Assembly: GCF_032191835.1 (NCBI RefSeq)
Contig: NC_083237.1
Location: 24,056,001 to 24,120,000, forward strand
Direction of reading: 5' to 3'
Length of the DNA: 64,000 nucleotides
Origin: Heteronotia binoei
Lineage: Eukaryota
Shown: piece after piece, positions 1-13,100 of the stretch
How the letters are laid out: the number at the start of each line of letters is the position of its first letter
How positions within the stretch are numbered: the first letter of the stretch is position 1
The notes under the pieces: model-generated
What the model saw: the letters and a program-made list of their open reading frames with translations, nothing else
Told to the model about the DNA's origin: nothing
The model's database searches: none
Made by a program: the position numbers and the translations under genes

Positions 1-280
1 GGAGGAAGGGGAAGGAGGCCGGGAGAAGCAGCAGCAAAGGGGGAAGAAGGCAGCAGGAATTTGGGGTGGAGAGGGAGGGGAAGGAGGCTGGGAGAAGTGG
101 AAGCGGGGAAGGAGGCAGCAGCGATTTAGGGTGGGGAGGGAGGGGAAGGAGGCCAGGAGAAGCGGTGGAAAGGGGAAAGAAGGCAGCAGCAATTTGGGGT
201 AGGGAGAAGCAGCGACAAAGGGAAGAAGTGATTTGGGGAGGGAGGGGAAGGAATTTTTTAAAACAAAAAGGTGGGAGTGC
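1..280 (+). repeat. Degenerate purine-rich tandem repeat
   Basis: Repeating ggggaaggaggc..gggagaag..gcagcaatttgggg units. Confidence 0.6.
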
Positions 281-1090
281 CTAATATGGTGCCCCTCCTG
301 GACCAGCGCCCTAGGCAGCCACCTAGTTTGCCTAGTGGAAGAGCTGGCCCTGTTTGCGGGACCTTTTTGTAAGCCTATATGACTGGCTCTAATAGGGGAG
401 GGATGTGCGCAGCACTGAAGCCCCATCCTCGATGTAGAAAATCAGTCAGCCAAAGCATTTGCTGCCACTGCTTGGCAGTTGTAAGGAGTACAAACTTGAC
501 TTTAAATTTTAAAGTAACAAACACCTACTTCTACAATGTAGTAGGGAGCCGTGGCCCAGTGTCCCAGGTTCGACCCCTGGCATCTCCAGTTAAAAGAATC
601 AGGCAGTAGGGGATCCTGAGACCCTAGACAGCCCCTGCCAGCCTGAGTTGACAACACTGACCTTGATGAACCTGCCCTCTTGGAGCCGGAACAGGGCAGC
701 CAGGAACTGGGACTGCTGGGTTCTCTAAAGCCGTCAGCCTCTGAGTCTCTTCTGGATTCTCTGGATGAAATGTGGTGTTTGGTGTTGATATGGGAGGTCC
801 AAGTTCCATATGTCTGTCTTGCTCATGAAGCTGTGATTATAAAAACCAGATAAGGATATGCAGGCGGTCACCTGTAATTCTTGCTTTAAGGTTTTCATCA
901 GTTTGGGCCCGGCAGGTTAAAGCAGGGCATGGATGGCATTTGGGACTCTCTGGGGCGGGGTGGGTTGAGCAGGGGCATCTGTATGAACGGGGGAAGGTGT
1001 TAGCTCACTGAGTCATGGCAAGGGAGGCAGCCATCCTGGGCTTCCTTCATAACGCCTCTCCCATCTCTCTCTCTCTCAATTCTGCTGCAG

Positions 1091-1440
1091 GTTCAGCCTC
1101 TGCTCCCGCCCCGTCTGCCTCCGGCACAAACCCCTTCCAGGCGACGGCAACCACCCCCCTTTCGCTCAACCAGCTGCGCGTCAGTCCGGTTCTCTCCCTG
1201 TCCCAGCCAGCACCCCCAGCTTTCGCCGCCACCGCTCCCATGGTCTCCGTGTCTCCCATGGCCCCCGGGATGCCCTTAGCCTCGGTCTCCCCAATGGTGG
1301 GGGTGCAGCCCTTGGGGGCTGTTCCGCCCATGGGCCTCCCTGCCATGGGGCTGCCCCCTCCTGCCATGCCTCCCGCTGGCATGGTCCCCAGCAGCACCTC
1401 GGCCTCCACCGTGGGGAGCACCAATCCATTCTTGCTATAA
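1091..1440 (+). CDS. EPN1: Epsin-1, last coding exon (C-terminal NPF region)
   Basis: Polypyrimidine tract and acceptor ctgcag|gttc at 1091 (phase 1). Translation ...GTNPFQ...[11 protein letters not shown]...TNPFLL* matches the recalled EPN1 C-terminus (TNPFQ..TLNQLRLSPV...NTNPFLL). TAA at 1438-1440. Confidence 0.92.
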
Positions 1441-3576
1441 TCAGTGGGGTCTTTGTCCTGTGGTGAACCACCCCTCTCCCCTCCCCTCCCCGCCCGGTTG
1501 TATTTCCAGATGGCAATGGTGCCCCCTCCCCTAAAATGTTACAGCTGAATGGGGCAGTTGGGGTGGGGCTGTGGAAAAGGAAGGAGAGAGACAGGACTTT
1601 TTTATGTTGAGCTCTTCCGCCCCCTTGATTCAGGGGCTGGGCACACGTTCCCCCATTTGTGTTGGTGGAGGCGAGGGTCCCTCCATCCCCCAACCGCTTT
1701 GGCCTTTAGGGTGGTCGAGAGGGTCCGCTTTTGCCGCGGTTCTAGGAGCGGCAAGTGGCAACTCTCCACAACCCTACAGGAGGCCAGAGTGACCTATGCA
1801 GGAGAGAATGAGAAACTGGCAAAACGGGCAGGGGGTAGAGGGGGCCTTTGAGTGCTCTCTCTCTCTTTTTGCCCCCCCCCCCACTTATCACACTATCAGC
1901 CCCACCTCTTGAGGCACTGATCAAAGAGGACCTCCTCTTGGCCACGGTGGCCCCCACGTCTCTCTCCTACCCCTGCAAAAGGGAGTTAGAAAGGGGAAAA
2001 GCCAACCCCCTACCTCTAGGCTCTTCCAAATCAATTCACACAGAGGGGGGCAAGCTCTAACCTTTTAAATATAATTTTCCCCCTAGACTTCTCCCTTTTC
2101 CAAGCGTGTCACTTCTCCTCCCCCCTCTATTTTCCCATTTTAGTTGGGACCAGCCCTCCTCTGCCTTTCTTTTTTCCTTGAAGGGCAGAAATAGGGCAAA
2201 ATCAATAAGGCCCCCTCACTCTAGAGGGCCTGGTTGAGACAGAGGGGAATCATTGGTCTGTCTCCTCCAGCCTTGGGGCCAAGAGGGAAACCACTAACTT
2301 GAAGGCCAGAGACCAAAACTGGATCTAGAGCAGGGAGCCAGGCTGGCCTACCTGGGGTGGGGCCATGCCTGAAGACCCACCTTCAGTAATCTTCCAGTTG
2401 GTCCTTTAAGAGAATCAGTCACCTTCACACCAAGCATGGAACCCTGTTTGAAGCGGGGAGCCTCAAAACCGTCGCTGCAGCCTCTTGCAGAGGAGGAACC
2501 CGGAAGCCGCCCGAGGATTCTAGAAACCGTCAAAGGGAGCTTTCCTGTGGCTCTAAAACAGTTGCAGGAACACCTGCAGGGAAGCTGGAGACTCACAAAG
2601 GGCTCTTCCCCATCTGGGAAAGCAGAGCCCACTCCTTCTTCACCCCACCCCAGTCTGTGGACTCGAGCAGCCCAGCCCGCCTTGGAGGAGTGCAGAGACA
2701 ACACCCTGGACTTGTGGATCGAAGGAGATGCTTTCCTGCCCCCCGTGCACATTGCTTGGAAGTTGAGGGGGGGGCATGGGCCCATGCACCTGTGGTCCCA
2801 GGACCCTATTTGGCAGCACTCTTCACGCGGATGGCGTTCAGACACAGTCAGCACGCTCACTTTTCCGTGCGTGATCCACTCTTCTTCCCACACCGGGTTC
2901 TCTTCTTGTGCCGCCATTCCCGTTACGTACTGAGGGCCTACTGGGGAGAGGTACTGTGGATTTACAAATGAAACTTTGAAATGTTCTCTCCCCCCTCGAA
3001 CTTTCATCTCCCAACAAGCGCAGCATTTGATGCGGGAGTGGGGGGTGGGGTGGGAACAGCAGAAGTACAGAAGAACCCCTTGGACTGGTTGAAAATACTA
3101 TGAGGAGAGTGGAGCATTGGATGGTTGTATTCTCTCCTTCCCTTCAGTGTCAGCAGCTTATGGGGAAGGGAGGGTCCAAGCCTGTGTGTGTGCGCGTGCG
3201 TATGCGTGTGTGGTGCTGCTGTAAGTGATTGTCCGTTCCTGTTTTTATGTTGGGGGGGCACTCACTCATAAGCACCCAGGACAATCTGCTGAATCCCTCA
3301 TCCCTGCCCCCTGTTCCTTGCAATTGTTTCCAAAGTGGGTGGTGTATGCTACTTCCCTTCCCCCCCTCCCCAATCGATCAATCATGTTTGGGGATCCTTT
3401 CCCACTACAACCCCGTATATTTGAAGAATTATCGTGTCATTGGTCAGGGGGTTTGGGAGAGTAAATCTTGGCTGTGTATGACCCTCCCTCTCTTGGCTCT
3501 TTTCACCCCTACCCACACCACCACCACCGCTCTGGTATGCATCAGAAAACAAAAAAAAAAACTCTTAATGAAATGA

Positions 3577-3582
3577 AATAAA
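3577..3582 (+). promoter_or_regulatory. Probable EPN1 polyadenylation signal (3' UTR about 1441-3600)
   Basis: First AATAAA I find downstream of the EPN1 stop; the intervening sequence looks UTR-like. Confidence 0.55.
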
Positions 3583-4644
3583 TGGAAGTTCTTCTATGGC
3601 ACCCGGAGGCTTTGCACCTGGGCTAGATTTTGTGGCCGGGGTGGGGGGGAAGGGGGCGCAGTGGGGGGATGCTCCTCCTCCATTTATACCATTACGTTGT
3701 GCCAGAGAAATTACAATTGTGTGACTTCTTGCATGCCATCAAGTCACAACAGATGCGTGGAGGTTTTCCAGGCAAGAGATGAAAAGAAGTGGCTCACTGT
3801 TGCCTTCCTCTGCATTGCAGTCCCCAGCCTCTTTGGTGATGTTCCATCCAAGGACTGACCGTGGCAGATACTGCTTAGCTTCCAAGTGGAGATGAGTTTG
3901 GGCTAGGCTGGGTTATCAGGCTGCTAAGTTTTTGTTAGGGAGGCTTTTTGTAAAATGGAGCGTTCTAAAGGGTGATTGTCCACCCGCAGCCTGAAGTTGT
4001 CCAGCCCGTGCTGCCTGCCCCCCCCCTTTCCATGTGTACGTGACCTGAGCCTTGGTGATGCAGAATTAAGGCAGAATTGGGGATTCAGCAATGGATGTGG
4101 CTCAAGCTTAACATTTAAAGCTTGAACCAGCCAGGAAGGCTCTTGGTTGTTTAGAACTTGTCTGCACAGTCATGGGTCAGAAAGATGGGCCCAAAGCTCA
4201 GTAGTCCTAAAATAAATCCTGTAATACTTTGGAATTGCCAACAAGGGCAACCCGCAAAGCCTTCTGCTCTCCCCACAAGTGCTGTGGATGATGCCCATCA
4301 GGGAGAGCATCCCTGCCCATTAGAATACAGGTGTGGTAAAAAGAGCACTCATTTTATCACATTTGACTGATTCTTGGTAACTTTTCAATCGCTTCTGTTT
4401 GTGATTGTTTTCCCTCCATCAACACGCAGATGACTTAGGGTGACCCCATAATGTTTTCAAGGCAAGAGATGTGCAGCAGCAGTGTGCCATTGCATTACCC
4501 GCCTCTGTTTAGCAACTGTCTGCTTCCTTGGTGGTCTCCCATCTAAGTATTAACCAGGGCTAACCCTGCTTTCCTTTCATGCCTGGGCTATCCAGGTCAG
4601 AGCCTGCCTCTGATGGGCTCCTGGAATTTGTAAACCACTTAGAG

Positions 4645-5093
4645 CAGGGGTGTCAAACTCACTGACATAAATGAGACCTTGGCAGGCAGTGCCTTGTGTG
4701 TACCTATTTAAATTAGGTAGCAGATATATAAACTTTTTTAAGGACACAGACAAACACATCTTAAAGATTTAAAAAAAAAAAACTTAAAACATGCTTGCAC
4801 TTCTTGGTCTTAAAGGTGCTTTCTTTGTACTTCTCCCATGGGATCCAGGGGACTGGCAAAGGAAGCTCTGGCTCTTTCCTTCCTTCCCAGGGGATCAGGA
4901 GGCGGAGGAGCCTCAACCAATGGAGAAAACAGAGGTTTTGCTCTGTGGCTCCTGTGCAATTGAGCAAACCTTGCAAAGCAAGCTGAGATGCAGAAGGAAG
5001 CAAGAGAGAGGGAGATGGAAGCAGACAAGAGCCAACTGAAGAAGATTGCTCAGGGGTCTGATTTGGCCCCCAGGCCACATGTTTGACACCCCG
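4645..5093. mobile_element. Non-autonomous hAT-like element
   Basis: TIR caggggtgtcaaac / gtttgacaccccg; 8-bp TSD acttagag. Confidence 0.8.
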
Positions 5094-6782
5094 ACTTAGA
5101 GCCTGACAGCTCATCCTTTAGGATGGTTCATTGCCTAGATTTGTAAACCACTTATCCTTTAGGGTGGTAAATTGCTTCGATTCAACACACTTTGGAACAT
5201 CTCTGGACTGTGAGAAAATTGTCTGTCTTGGGAAAGGAAAGAGCCAAGTACTTGGGCCTCATACCAAGGCTGGTGGGCGGAGGGCCTTCTGAGTCGAGGG
5301 TCTGTGTGTGATCTGAGGGTCAGGCATGGGCAGAGCTCGGTTACTTCTCCGCTATGTGATGGCTCAAAGCTAAATAATGAAGCAGCTCCATTCGAAAGTA
5401 TTGCAGACTTGATATTGAAAGCCAAGTTCTGCGTTGAAGCATGGGGAGAAAAATCCCATTTCTGCCCCTGCAGGAGCTCAGATGTTTTATGGCTGTCCTC
5501 AGGCCGCCCCCAACTAGTCATTAAGAGTATCTCCTGCTGAAGGACTGGCACTCCAGCATTCTTTCTTGTGTTGCCATTTAAAGACTGCACCTTAGCTTAG
5601 ATTCACTCTCACTATCTAACCTGGGGGCAGACAAACAAACTCGTGCCCTGTGGGATTGAAGGAGTTAACTGCAGTCCCTTCTCCTTATTCCGAGGTAAGT
5701 GTGGCCACTTGAGTACAGACATGTGGGTAAAGACATCAGTCTCCCAATGTTCTTAACAATTAATAAAGAAACATTCATTTTTGAAACTCTGGTGCAAATG
5801 AGCAAAGATCAAAAGAAAGTGATTTGAACCCTGAGTATCTTAAAAGATGGTTAGAATGGTGTTGGAAAGTGCCGTCCAGTCACAGCCGGCTTGCAGCAAC
5901 CTAGTAGGGTTTTCAAAGCAAGAACCATAAAGAGGCGGTTTGCCATTGCTTGCCTCTGTTTAGCCACCCTGGACTTCCTTGGCGGTTTCCTATCCAAGTT
6001 CCAACCAGGGCTGACCCTGTTTACCTGATAAGATTGGACTAGCCATCAGGTCCAACGCCACAGAATAAAGGCAGGTTATTTATTCTTACGATTGCACATT
6101 TCAGAGATGTTTCAGTTATCTGTGTTTCACGATATAGGGTTACTGCCCAGTGTTCAGCAGCATGTGGTCTTGGTTGATGGTGTAATGGAACTCCGGGGTG
6201 CGAGAGCTCCAGGTGAGAAGGCAACACAGCTAAGCTAACTCAGAAATAAGGCCTTCTTCAGCCTGCCCAGGGGCTTTAGAATCTACACTGGCCACTCCTG
6301 GAAGTAATCTTCCTTTTCCTATCCCAAGGGGAAGATGTGCTTTTCCCCCAGTCCTTTCCTGTCCCAGATTTGGTGGTTTAAATGTGATTTTTTTCCCTGT
6401 CCTTTGTTCTTCCCGGGCTAAGTCCACTTGCATATTGTGGAGCTGGATAGATCCAGTGCCGAGAGAGGAGTCCTAACCAACCTCAATTTCCCCTTGTTTC
6501 CAAAGCTTGTGAAAGATGCTTCATAGCCTCCACGCTTGTGCACAGTGCCAACCCAGCTATTGTCACCTTTTATGTAAATTCTGAGGGGTGAGGCGTTTTA
6601 TTGCAAGGTAATTAATTTGTTGTGGCATCGCGGTATGCCTTTCAAAGGATGGATTCAGAGCTTGATGCCCTAAGAAGAATAGATATCAGACCCCAAAAAA
6701 GGTCATTATTTATGGTTAACAGTTTAATTTCTGGCTTTGTTGTATCTTGGATGCCTTTGAGCTCTAAGCATGAGGCTGGGTT

Positions 6783-7131
6783 CTAGCTTGGTGGGCTCCA
6801 GATATGTGGTGGGCTTGGAATGGGTTCAAGGTTTTGGTATGTTGGCATGTTTTGGTATAACGGTTTGTTTTGATATGTTGGTGCATTTTGGTATAGTGGT
6901 TTGTTTTGGTATGTTGGCACGTTTTGGTATGCTGGTACATTTTGATATAGTTGGCTTCGAGTAGATGATGGGTTCGGGGCATTTGTGGAGTTTGGAGTCT
7001 TCTCTGCTGGAGGACTTGCGACACCTGTGTCTTCTGACCACTCTGAACTCCACGAGTCATCTGAACTTTCTGTGCCATCATCCTCTTGAGCTTTGGTCTC
7101 TCCTTTCCGTGCCCTTTTGCGACGGTAGTAC
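6783..7131 (-). CDS. Unassigned IZUMO gene exon 7 (cytoplasmic tail)
   Basis: ctctttgcctacag|g acceptor, phase 2; basic stop-transfer YYRRKRARK, acidic Ser-rich stretch, 7 YQN repeats, TAG at 6785-6783; AATAAA on the minus strand at 6597-6602. Confidence 0.87.
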
Positions 7132-10100
7132 CTGTAGGCAAAGAGAGAAATGAGCACTAAGGCTGCAATGGGAAGACACTGCTTTAGTGTCTGTGGCTGT
7201 GATCTATGCTGAAAGAGGTATTCTAATTCTTAGTATTTATGTATCCTTTTTAGCAAGCATTCATAAGAAGAGAAGCCATGTTGGATCAGGCCAATGGCCC
7301 ATCCAATCCAACACTCTGTGTCACACAGTGGCAAAAAAACCCAGGTGCCATCAGGAGGTCCATCAGTGGGGCCAGGACACTAGAAGTCCTCACACTGTTG
7401 CCTCTCCCAAGCACCACAAATACAGAGCAGGATTCCTCCCCCCTTTCTGGCCTCTCAGCAACTCTAATTAGAAGCCCTTTACACAGAGAGCAATCCCTAT
7501 TAGGACAGTCAAAATGCAAAATCTTGATTAAACACGCAAAGTCCATAGCAGTGCTCTTAATTCCTAATCAGAGTCTTTTTCGATCAGAGCATACTGACTT
7601 TCTTTGATTCTTGGTTGATGCATGCAATTTAAAATCAAGACAAGAAAGTAGTTTTATGGGTACACTTGTTACCTTGCTGTAATCCTTACAACAGCCTTAC
7701 AAAGCAGGCCAGATGCAGGCCCACATCTGAGAGGAAGTGGTTTGCAGAAGGGTGGGTGGCAGCTAAGATATAAAACAAATTCTTGAGTCACAGCCGGTGT
7801 GCTGCCCTCCTCTCCAGGAGTACCCTATAATTGTATGGTCTCCCAGATTTAAGATTGTGGGACTCGCATAGCCAGGGCTTTTTTGTAGCAGGAACTCTTT
7901 TGCATATTAGGCCACACCCCCTTGATGTAGCCAATCCTCCTGGAGCTTACAGTAGGCCCTGTACTAAGAGCCCTGTAAGCTCTTGGAGGTTTGGCTACAA
8001 GAGAGGGATGTGGCCTAATATGCAAAGGAGTTCCTGCCACAAAATAAGCCCTGTGCATAGCCATAGACTGCTGCCCCCCCACATACATATATCTGTAGAC
8101 TGTATAGCCTTACCACACTCCAACACCAGCAGCAAGCAGGATCACAAGGGTCACCAGCACACCCGCAAGAACGTTGGGCCCTGTAGGAAAGAAACAGCAC
8201 CTCTTTCAGAAAGTGGAAGAGATAATCTGGGAGGGAGACAAGTTAGCAAAGGTCTCTTAGATCTACAGCAAATCAGTGCTGGCTCTGCAACCAGTATAGG
8301 TTTGCCTGGGGCAGGGGAGAATCTGTCTGCATCTCGAGAACAAAACTGGAGTGCAGGAGCACCTTTAAGACCAACGAAGTTTTATTAAGTTTAACGCCCC
8401 CCTCCAAAAAAAAAGACCAACGAAGTTTTATTGAGAATGTAAGCTTTCATGTGCTAAAAGCACACTTCATCAGACAATGAAATGGGGTACAGTGTGCAGT
8501 GCTACATATAGCTTGTGGGCAGGGTTAAGCATGCAAAATAATACAAAATAAGAATCCAATGGCAAAATAGTGAAATTAACAAATTGAAAGAATAACAGTT
8601 TTTGGTCTGGATAGTATAAGTTGCCTGGGAAAACAGCAAAAAACAGTAAACATGTCGGAATTGGAGAATGATGGTGAGAATGGCAGTAAATGAGAAACCA
8701 GCACCCTAAAAAAAAGTAAGATCGCCAGCTTGTGACTGCAAATTGCACTGCTGTGCCTGTCCTAAACGGATGCAAAGGAAATGTAAATACTGTTGTGCCA
8801 CGTGGCTTAAATCAATAGTAAGTGCAGAATTGCTTTGTGGCATAAAGATGTCAGCAGAAGCTCCCAAGTTACATACAAGGTATGTAGGAAAGTAACTGCA
8901 GGTATCTGCAAGGAGCACGTGGGCCCTGGGGCTTCAAGTGCCATTCTCTTGGGCAGATAGTGATCGAAGGGCAAAGATAACTAGGCCAGGAGAAGAAGAT
9001 TGTTCCTTTGGGTCTGCCTGCCCCATAGCCCTGTGAACAGGGCTAGCTGAATTAAAGAACTGAGCCTAAGGTGATCAGGTGAACTCCAGGGCTGTGTGTG
9101 TCCTCTAAGCTTCTACTCTGCCTTACTGTAATTGGCTGCTAGTCTGTCTTGGCTGGAGGAGGAGAAGCAGCTGTGATTGGTGGATGAGGTGGAGATGGCA
9201 ACGGAGAGAGACCAGTTACCTGCACATAATAAGGAATCGTTGCAGGGTGCTTTGAGCAGGTGGCAGTCCCTACACTCTGCCACTTCATAAGGTCGAAACC
9301 GGATCTGCTCTGTGTAGGGAAAGAGAGAAGGGTAGTGAGATTTTAATGTGAGCACACACAGAGGAGAAAGTGTCAAGGGACACCCTGAGTTGTAACTGCT
9401 GAAACCGTATGTTGTTATGTGGGCATGCGATAACAGCTTGTGGGGAGGTATTTTTGCATACCCCACTGGAATGAACCTGTCTGTGCACCACCACCATGCC
9501 ATGCTGCCCTCGGGAAAATGATTATGCATTCAAAACAATCCTGTATTTGTTGAACTTTGCTGCTCAAAGGTCACTACAGCAGGATCTCCATTGCTCCAGG
9601 GCTACTTACTCTGTTAATTTAATCCTCCCAGAAATAGGGTGGTCCCACTTCGGAGGAGGGAGGAGAAATAGCTGGATCCTACCCTTTATGCTTAACGGTA
9701 TTCTCTCACACACAAGCAAATCGGAGGCTAACACACACAGATGCCAGATGGCTAGACGGGCACATTTAGTCTGGGCAGATGGACTCACCGCAGGAGGCGC
9801 TGCAGACTGTGAAATTGTAAAGAGAGAAACAAGGGATGAGACAGACCTGGGAAATCTGGTCCCCTTCTGGCCAAAGAACCCAAATCCTAACTCTTCCCCC
9901 AACCCCAACAGGCCATCTGTGGAATCCATCCCATACAAGTTCAAATTGGCCAGAGGTGCTGCCGCCACCTCCTCTTAACAATCCAGTCTTAAGCTCACAG
10001 CCTAGTTTTGTGTCTTCACTGGTCAGGCAACCCAGCTTCTGCGCTGGCAGTCCCCAAAACAGACTAGAATCTCTGCTTGACCCATAAGCAGACTTGGGAA

Positions 10101-13100
10101 GCGGAGGGTGATCTTGCAAATATACATGTGTCTTAAGTAGGGAAGCATTACCACAATATGATTTCTCTCTACCCGCTCCCCTCACCTCTTGAATGCAGCT
10201 GTTGCCATGACCCAAACATGAGGTGGATACATTTTAACAGGATTAAACAGACATGTCTAGCTTTTCCAGTCACTGGTTGCTTCTCCAGGAGCAGCTTGTC
10301 CTGTTTAAGAAGGGTGCTGCTCTGACTTCCGGGATTGGAAAATGGTGAGCTGAGTTGCTTTCCCTAACGGGGGCAGGCTGGCACTTCTGTTCAGGGTAGT
10401 AAAAGGCAAATTAATGCCTTCTTCCTACGTTTCTCAGCTAGAGAATTGTCCAAGATATGCACAGATACTTTGAGGAGACTTACCTTGGCTGAAAGGGAGT
10501 CCCGGGGGGGGGGGTGGGGATCCTTTGAGGGATCTCCGGAGAGAAGTTGCATATTCATCGTCTGCAGAAGTTTCGAGAGTCATTAATTTGACATAAGCGT
10601 GACAGGATCCAAACCTTCTTTTACAATTTTAAACATCTAATCTATAAAGGACTGGTGTTGATTTGGATAAACTACAGAAAAAAGGTACTGATTGCTATCT
10701 CTTCACTCCGGGACTAATTAAAGTTAAACAAAACAAAAGTAAAAGGTGGGAGTTGGAAATACTGAAAGCCTGAAAGGAGAAGATGATAAGGGGCTAAATT
10801 TGAACTTTGTAAACTTAAAAGACAGTGTTAAGAGAAGAAAGGAATTTATTGTTTAGTCTATCTGTGGTTGAGGAGGCAGCCCCATCGTCACAGATCTGCA
10901 GCATTCACAGTCAACACAGGAAATATGTCAGATATCGTGAGATTTCTCTACCAGTGAAACGAGATTTGAAGGCAAGAAAAGCAGGAAGTATTGGAGGAAG
11001 AAAAAGGAAGTCAACAAAGTAAACAGCCTACTCTAGGATTATAATACCAGAGAGAAACATCGGTGACCATTGTTGTTGGGAGGACTAAGTTTTAACATCG
11101 TTTTTAAAGTGAGTGGGACATTAAAAATTGGTGGAGTTAACAGATTTGGCAATTTAAAAATTACTACTGTTGGATAGTAGATAACAAGATTTGAACTGGT
11201 AAAAGGGAAAAAAGAAACATTTTTTAAAGTGAAGCAAAAGTTGCGACTGCCATTTTGGGAGAAATAAAAACTTTAAACATTAATATCTGAGCCTGGGAGG
11301 CTAAGAGGACAGCGAAATTGGGTGCATTGGAAAGGGTAACCTTCACTTTATCAAACCTGATGGTTCAAATTTAATTTGGTGAGATCAAAATTTTTGATCT
11401 TGTTTTACATGTCAGACCCGAAACAAACTCGTGCTAGGTCTGCTTCAAGAGAGAAAATGCAAGCCCAATTAGATGCAATGGAAGCTAGGATAATGAAGGG
11501 GGTGAAAGAAATGATAACTGCCTCTAAAAAAATAAGAAAGGATATTGAGGACTCAAAGAAAGAATTAAAAAAAGAAATAGAGAATCTCAGAAATGACACT
11601 GTGGTAATAACAAAGAAAGTACAAGAAGTGGAAGAGAGAGTGAAAACACATGACTCCACCTTGTTAAAATTACGAGAAAAAGTGACAATTCATGACTGCA
11701 AACTGATGGAAACTCAGATCCATCTGAGAGGTGTACCTGAAGATGAAGAATCAGACCTGAAAGAATACATAATAAAAATAATTGCAGAATTTTTGGAGGA
11801 AGATCCTGAAGGGAATAGAAATATGTATGTCTATATGTATAAATTCACTCTATGCAAAAAAGAACAATCTGCCAAGAGATGTGGTCATAAGATTTATGAC
11901 AAAAGAAATGGTGGGAAAGATCATGAATGAAAACTTTGAAAAATCATTGACAGTGGGAGGCAGTAGAATAAGAATTATGAAAGAACTGCCAAGACAAGCA
12001 CTAACTGACAGAAAGGCATATAAAAAATTGACAGAAAAACTACATGACAATGGAATGAGGTACAGATGGATAATACCTGAAGGTTTGAGCTTTGAACTTC
12101 AAAGGAAAAGGATTACAATCACAAATATACAGGAACTGCGTAGATTTTATGAAGAAAATAAAGAATTTGCACCATGATGGATTATAAATTGATATCTTGG
12201 AATGTAAATGGACTAAATTCACCACAAAAAAGAAAGGCAACATTTCACTGGATAAAAAACAAAATTGTAATATAATATGTTTACAAGAAGTGCATATTAG
12301 ACAAAAGGATTATAAATTTCTATGGAATAAACAATTGGGACTAGAATTTTTTACATTGGCTGAACAGAAGAAGAGAGGAGTAGTCTTTTATATTAAACAA
12401 GAATTAGACCCAAAATTGGTATTTAAAGATAAAGATGGAAGATATATAGCAGTAGAAATTACTTTTGAGTGCAAAAAAAAGTTGTTGTTGGGACTTTATG
12501 CTCCAAATGGTGCTAAAGACATTTTTTAAAAAAAAATTACACAACATTTTGATGAAGTGACCTATGAGCAAATTTTATTGATGGGGGACTTTAACGGAAC
12601 AATTCAAAATACTATAGATAGATCTGCAAAGAAAAAAATGATAAAGAATGGAAATTGCCAAAGTCTTTTTTTGAATTGGTTAAACAGGAGAGTTTGGAAG
12701 ATATATGGAGGAAGTTTAATCCTGAAGTACGGAACTATACCTTTTCAGCTAGACATAGCTCTTTCTCTAGAATTGACATGTTGTGGGGTACTAAAGATTT
12801 GGGACTTATAACAAAGAAAATAGAGATATTACCTAAAATAGGAGCTGATCATAACCCAATAATGTGGATTACAAAACTGTCGAAAAAGTCAAGAAGATGG
12901 AGATTAAATGAAGACTTACTACAAAATAAAGAAATAGTGACATCTCTAGAAAATGAAACCAAAGTGTACTTCCAAGTAAATGACAGAGAGGATATAGAAT
13001 TTCAGACGGTATGGGATGCCTACAAGGCAATAATGAGAGGATTACTAATAATATTGAATAATAAAGACGAGAGCAAAAGATAAACAGATGTTGGACATTC

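Noticed and set aside
1047-1693. Minus-strand ORFs of 125 aa and 170 aa
   Set aside because: Antisense shadows of the GC-rich EPN1 exon.
6825-6950. Repeat array as CRISPR-like
   Set aside because: Contiguous 18-bp coding units without spacers, in vertebrate DNA.
6764-7141. Alternative-frame ORFs over the 18-bp repeat (6764..7141, 6770..6964, 6826..7053)
   Set aside because: By-products of a stop-poor repeat; only the YQN frame is in phase with the upstream TM exon.
7831-8388. 185-aa plus-strand ORF
   Set aside because: Made largely of a palindromic MITE plus the antisense of the TM exon.
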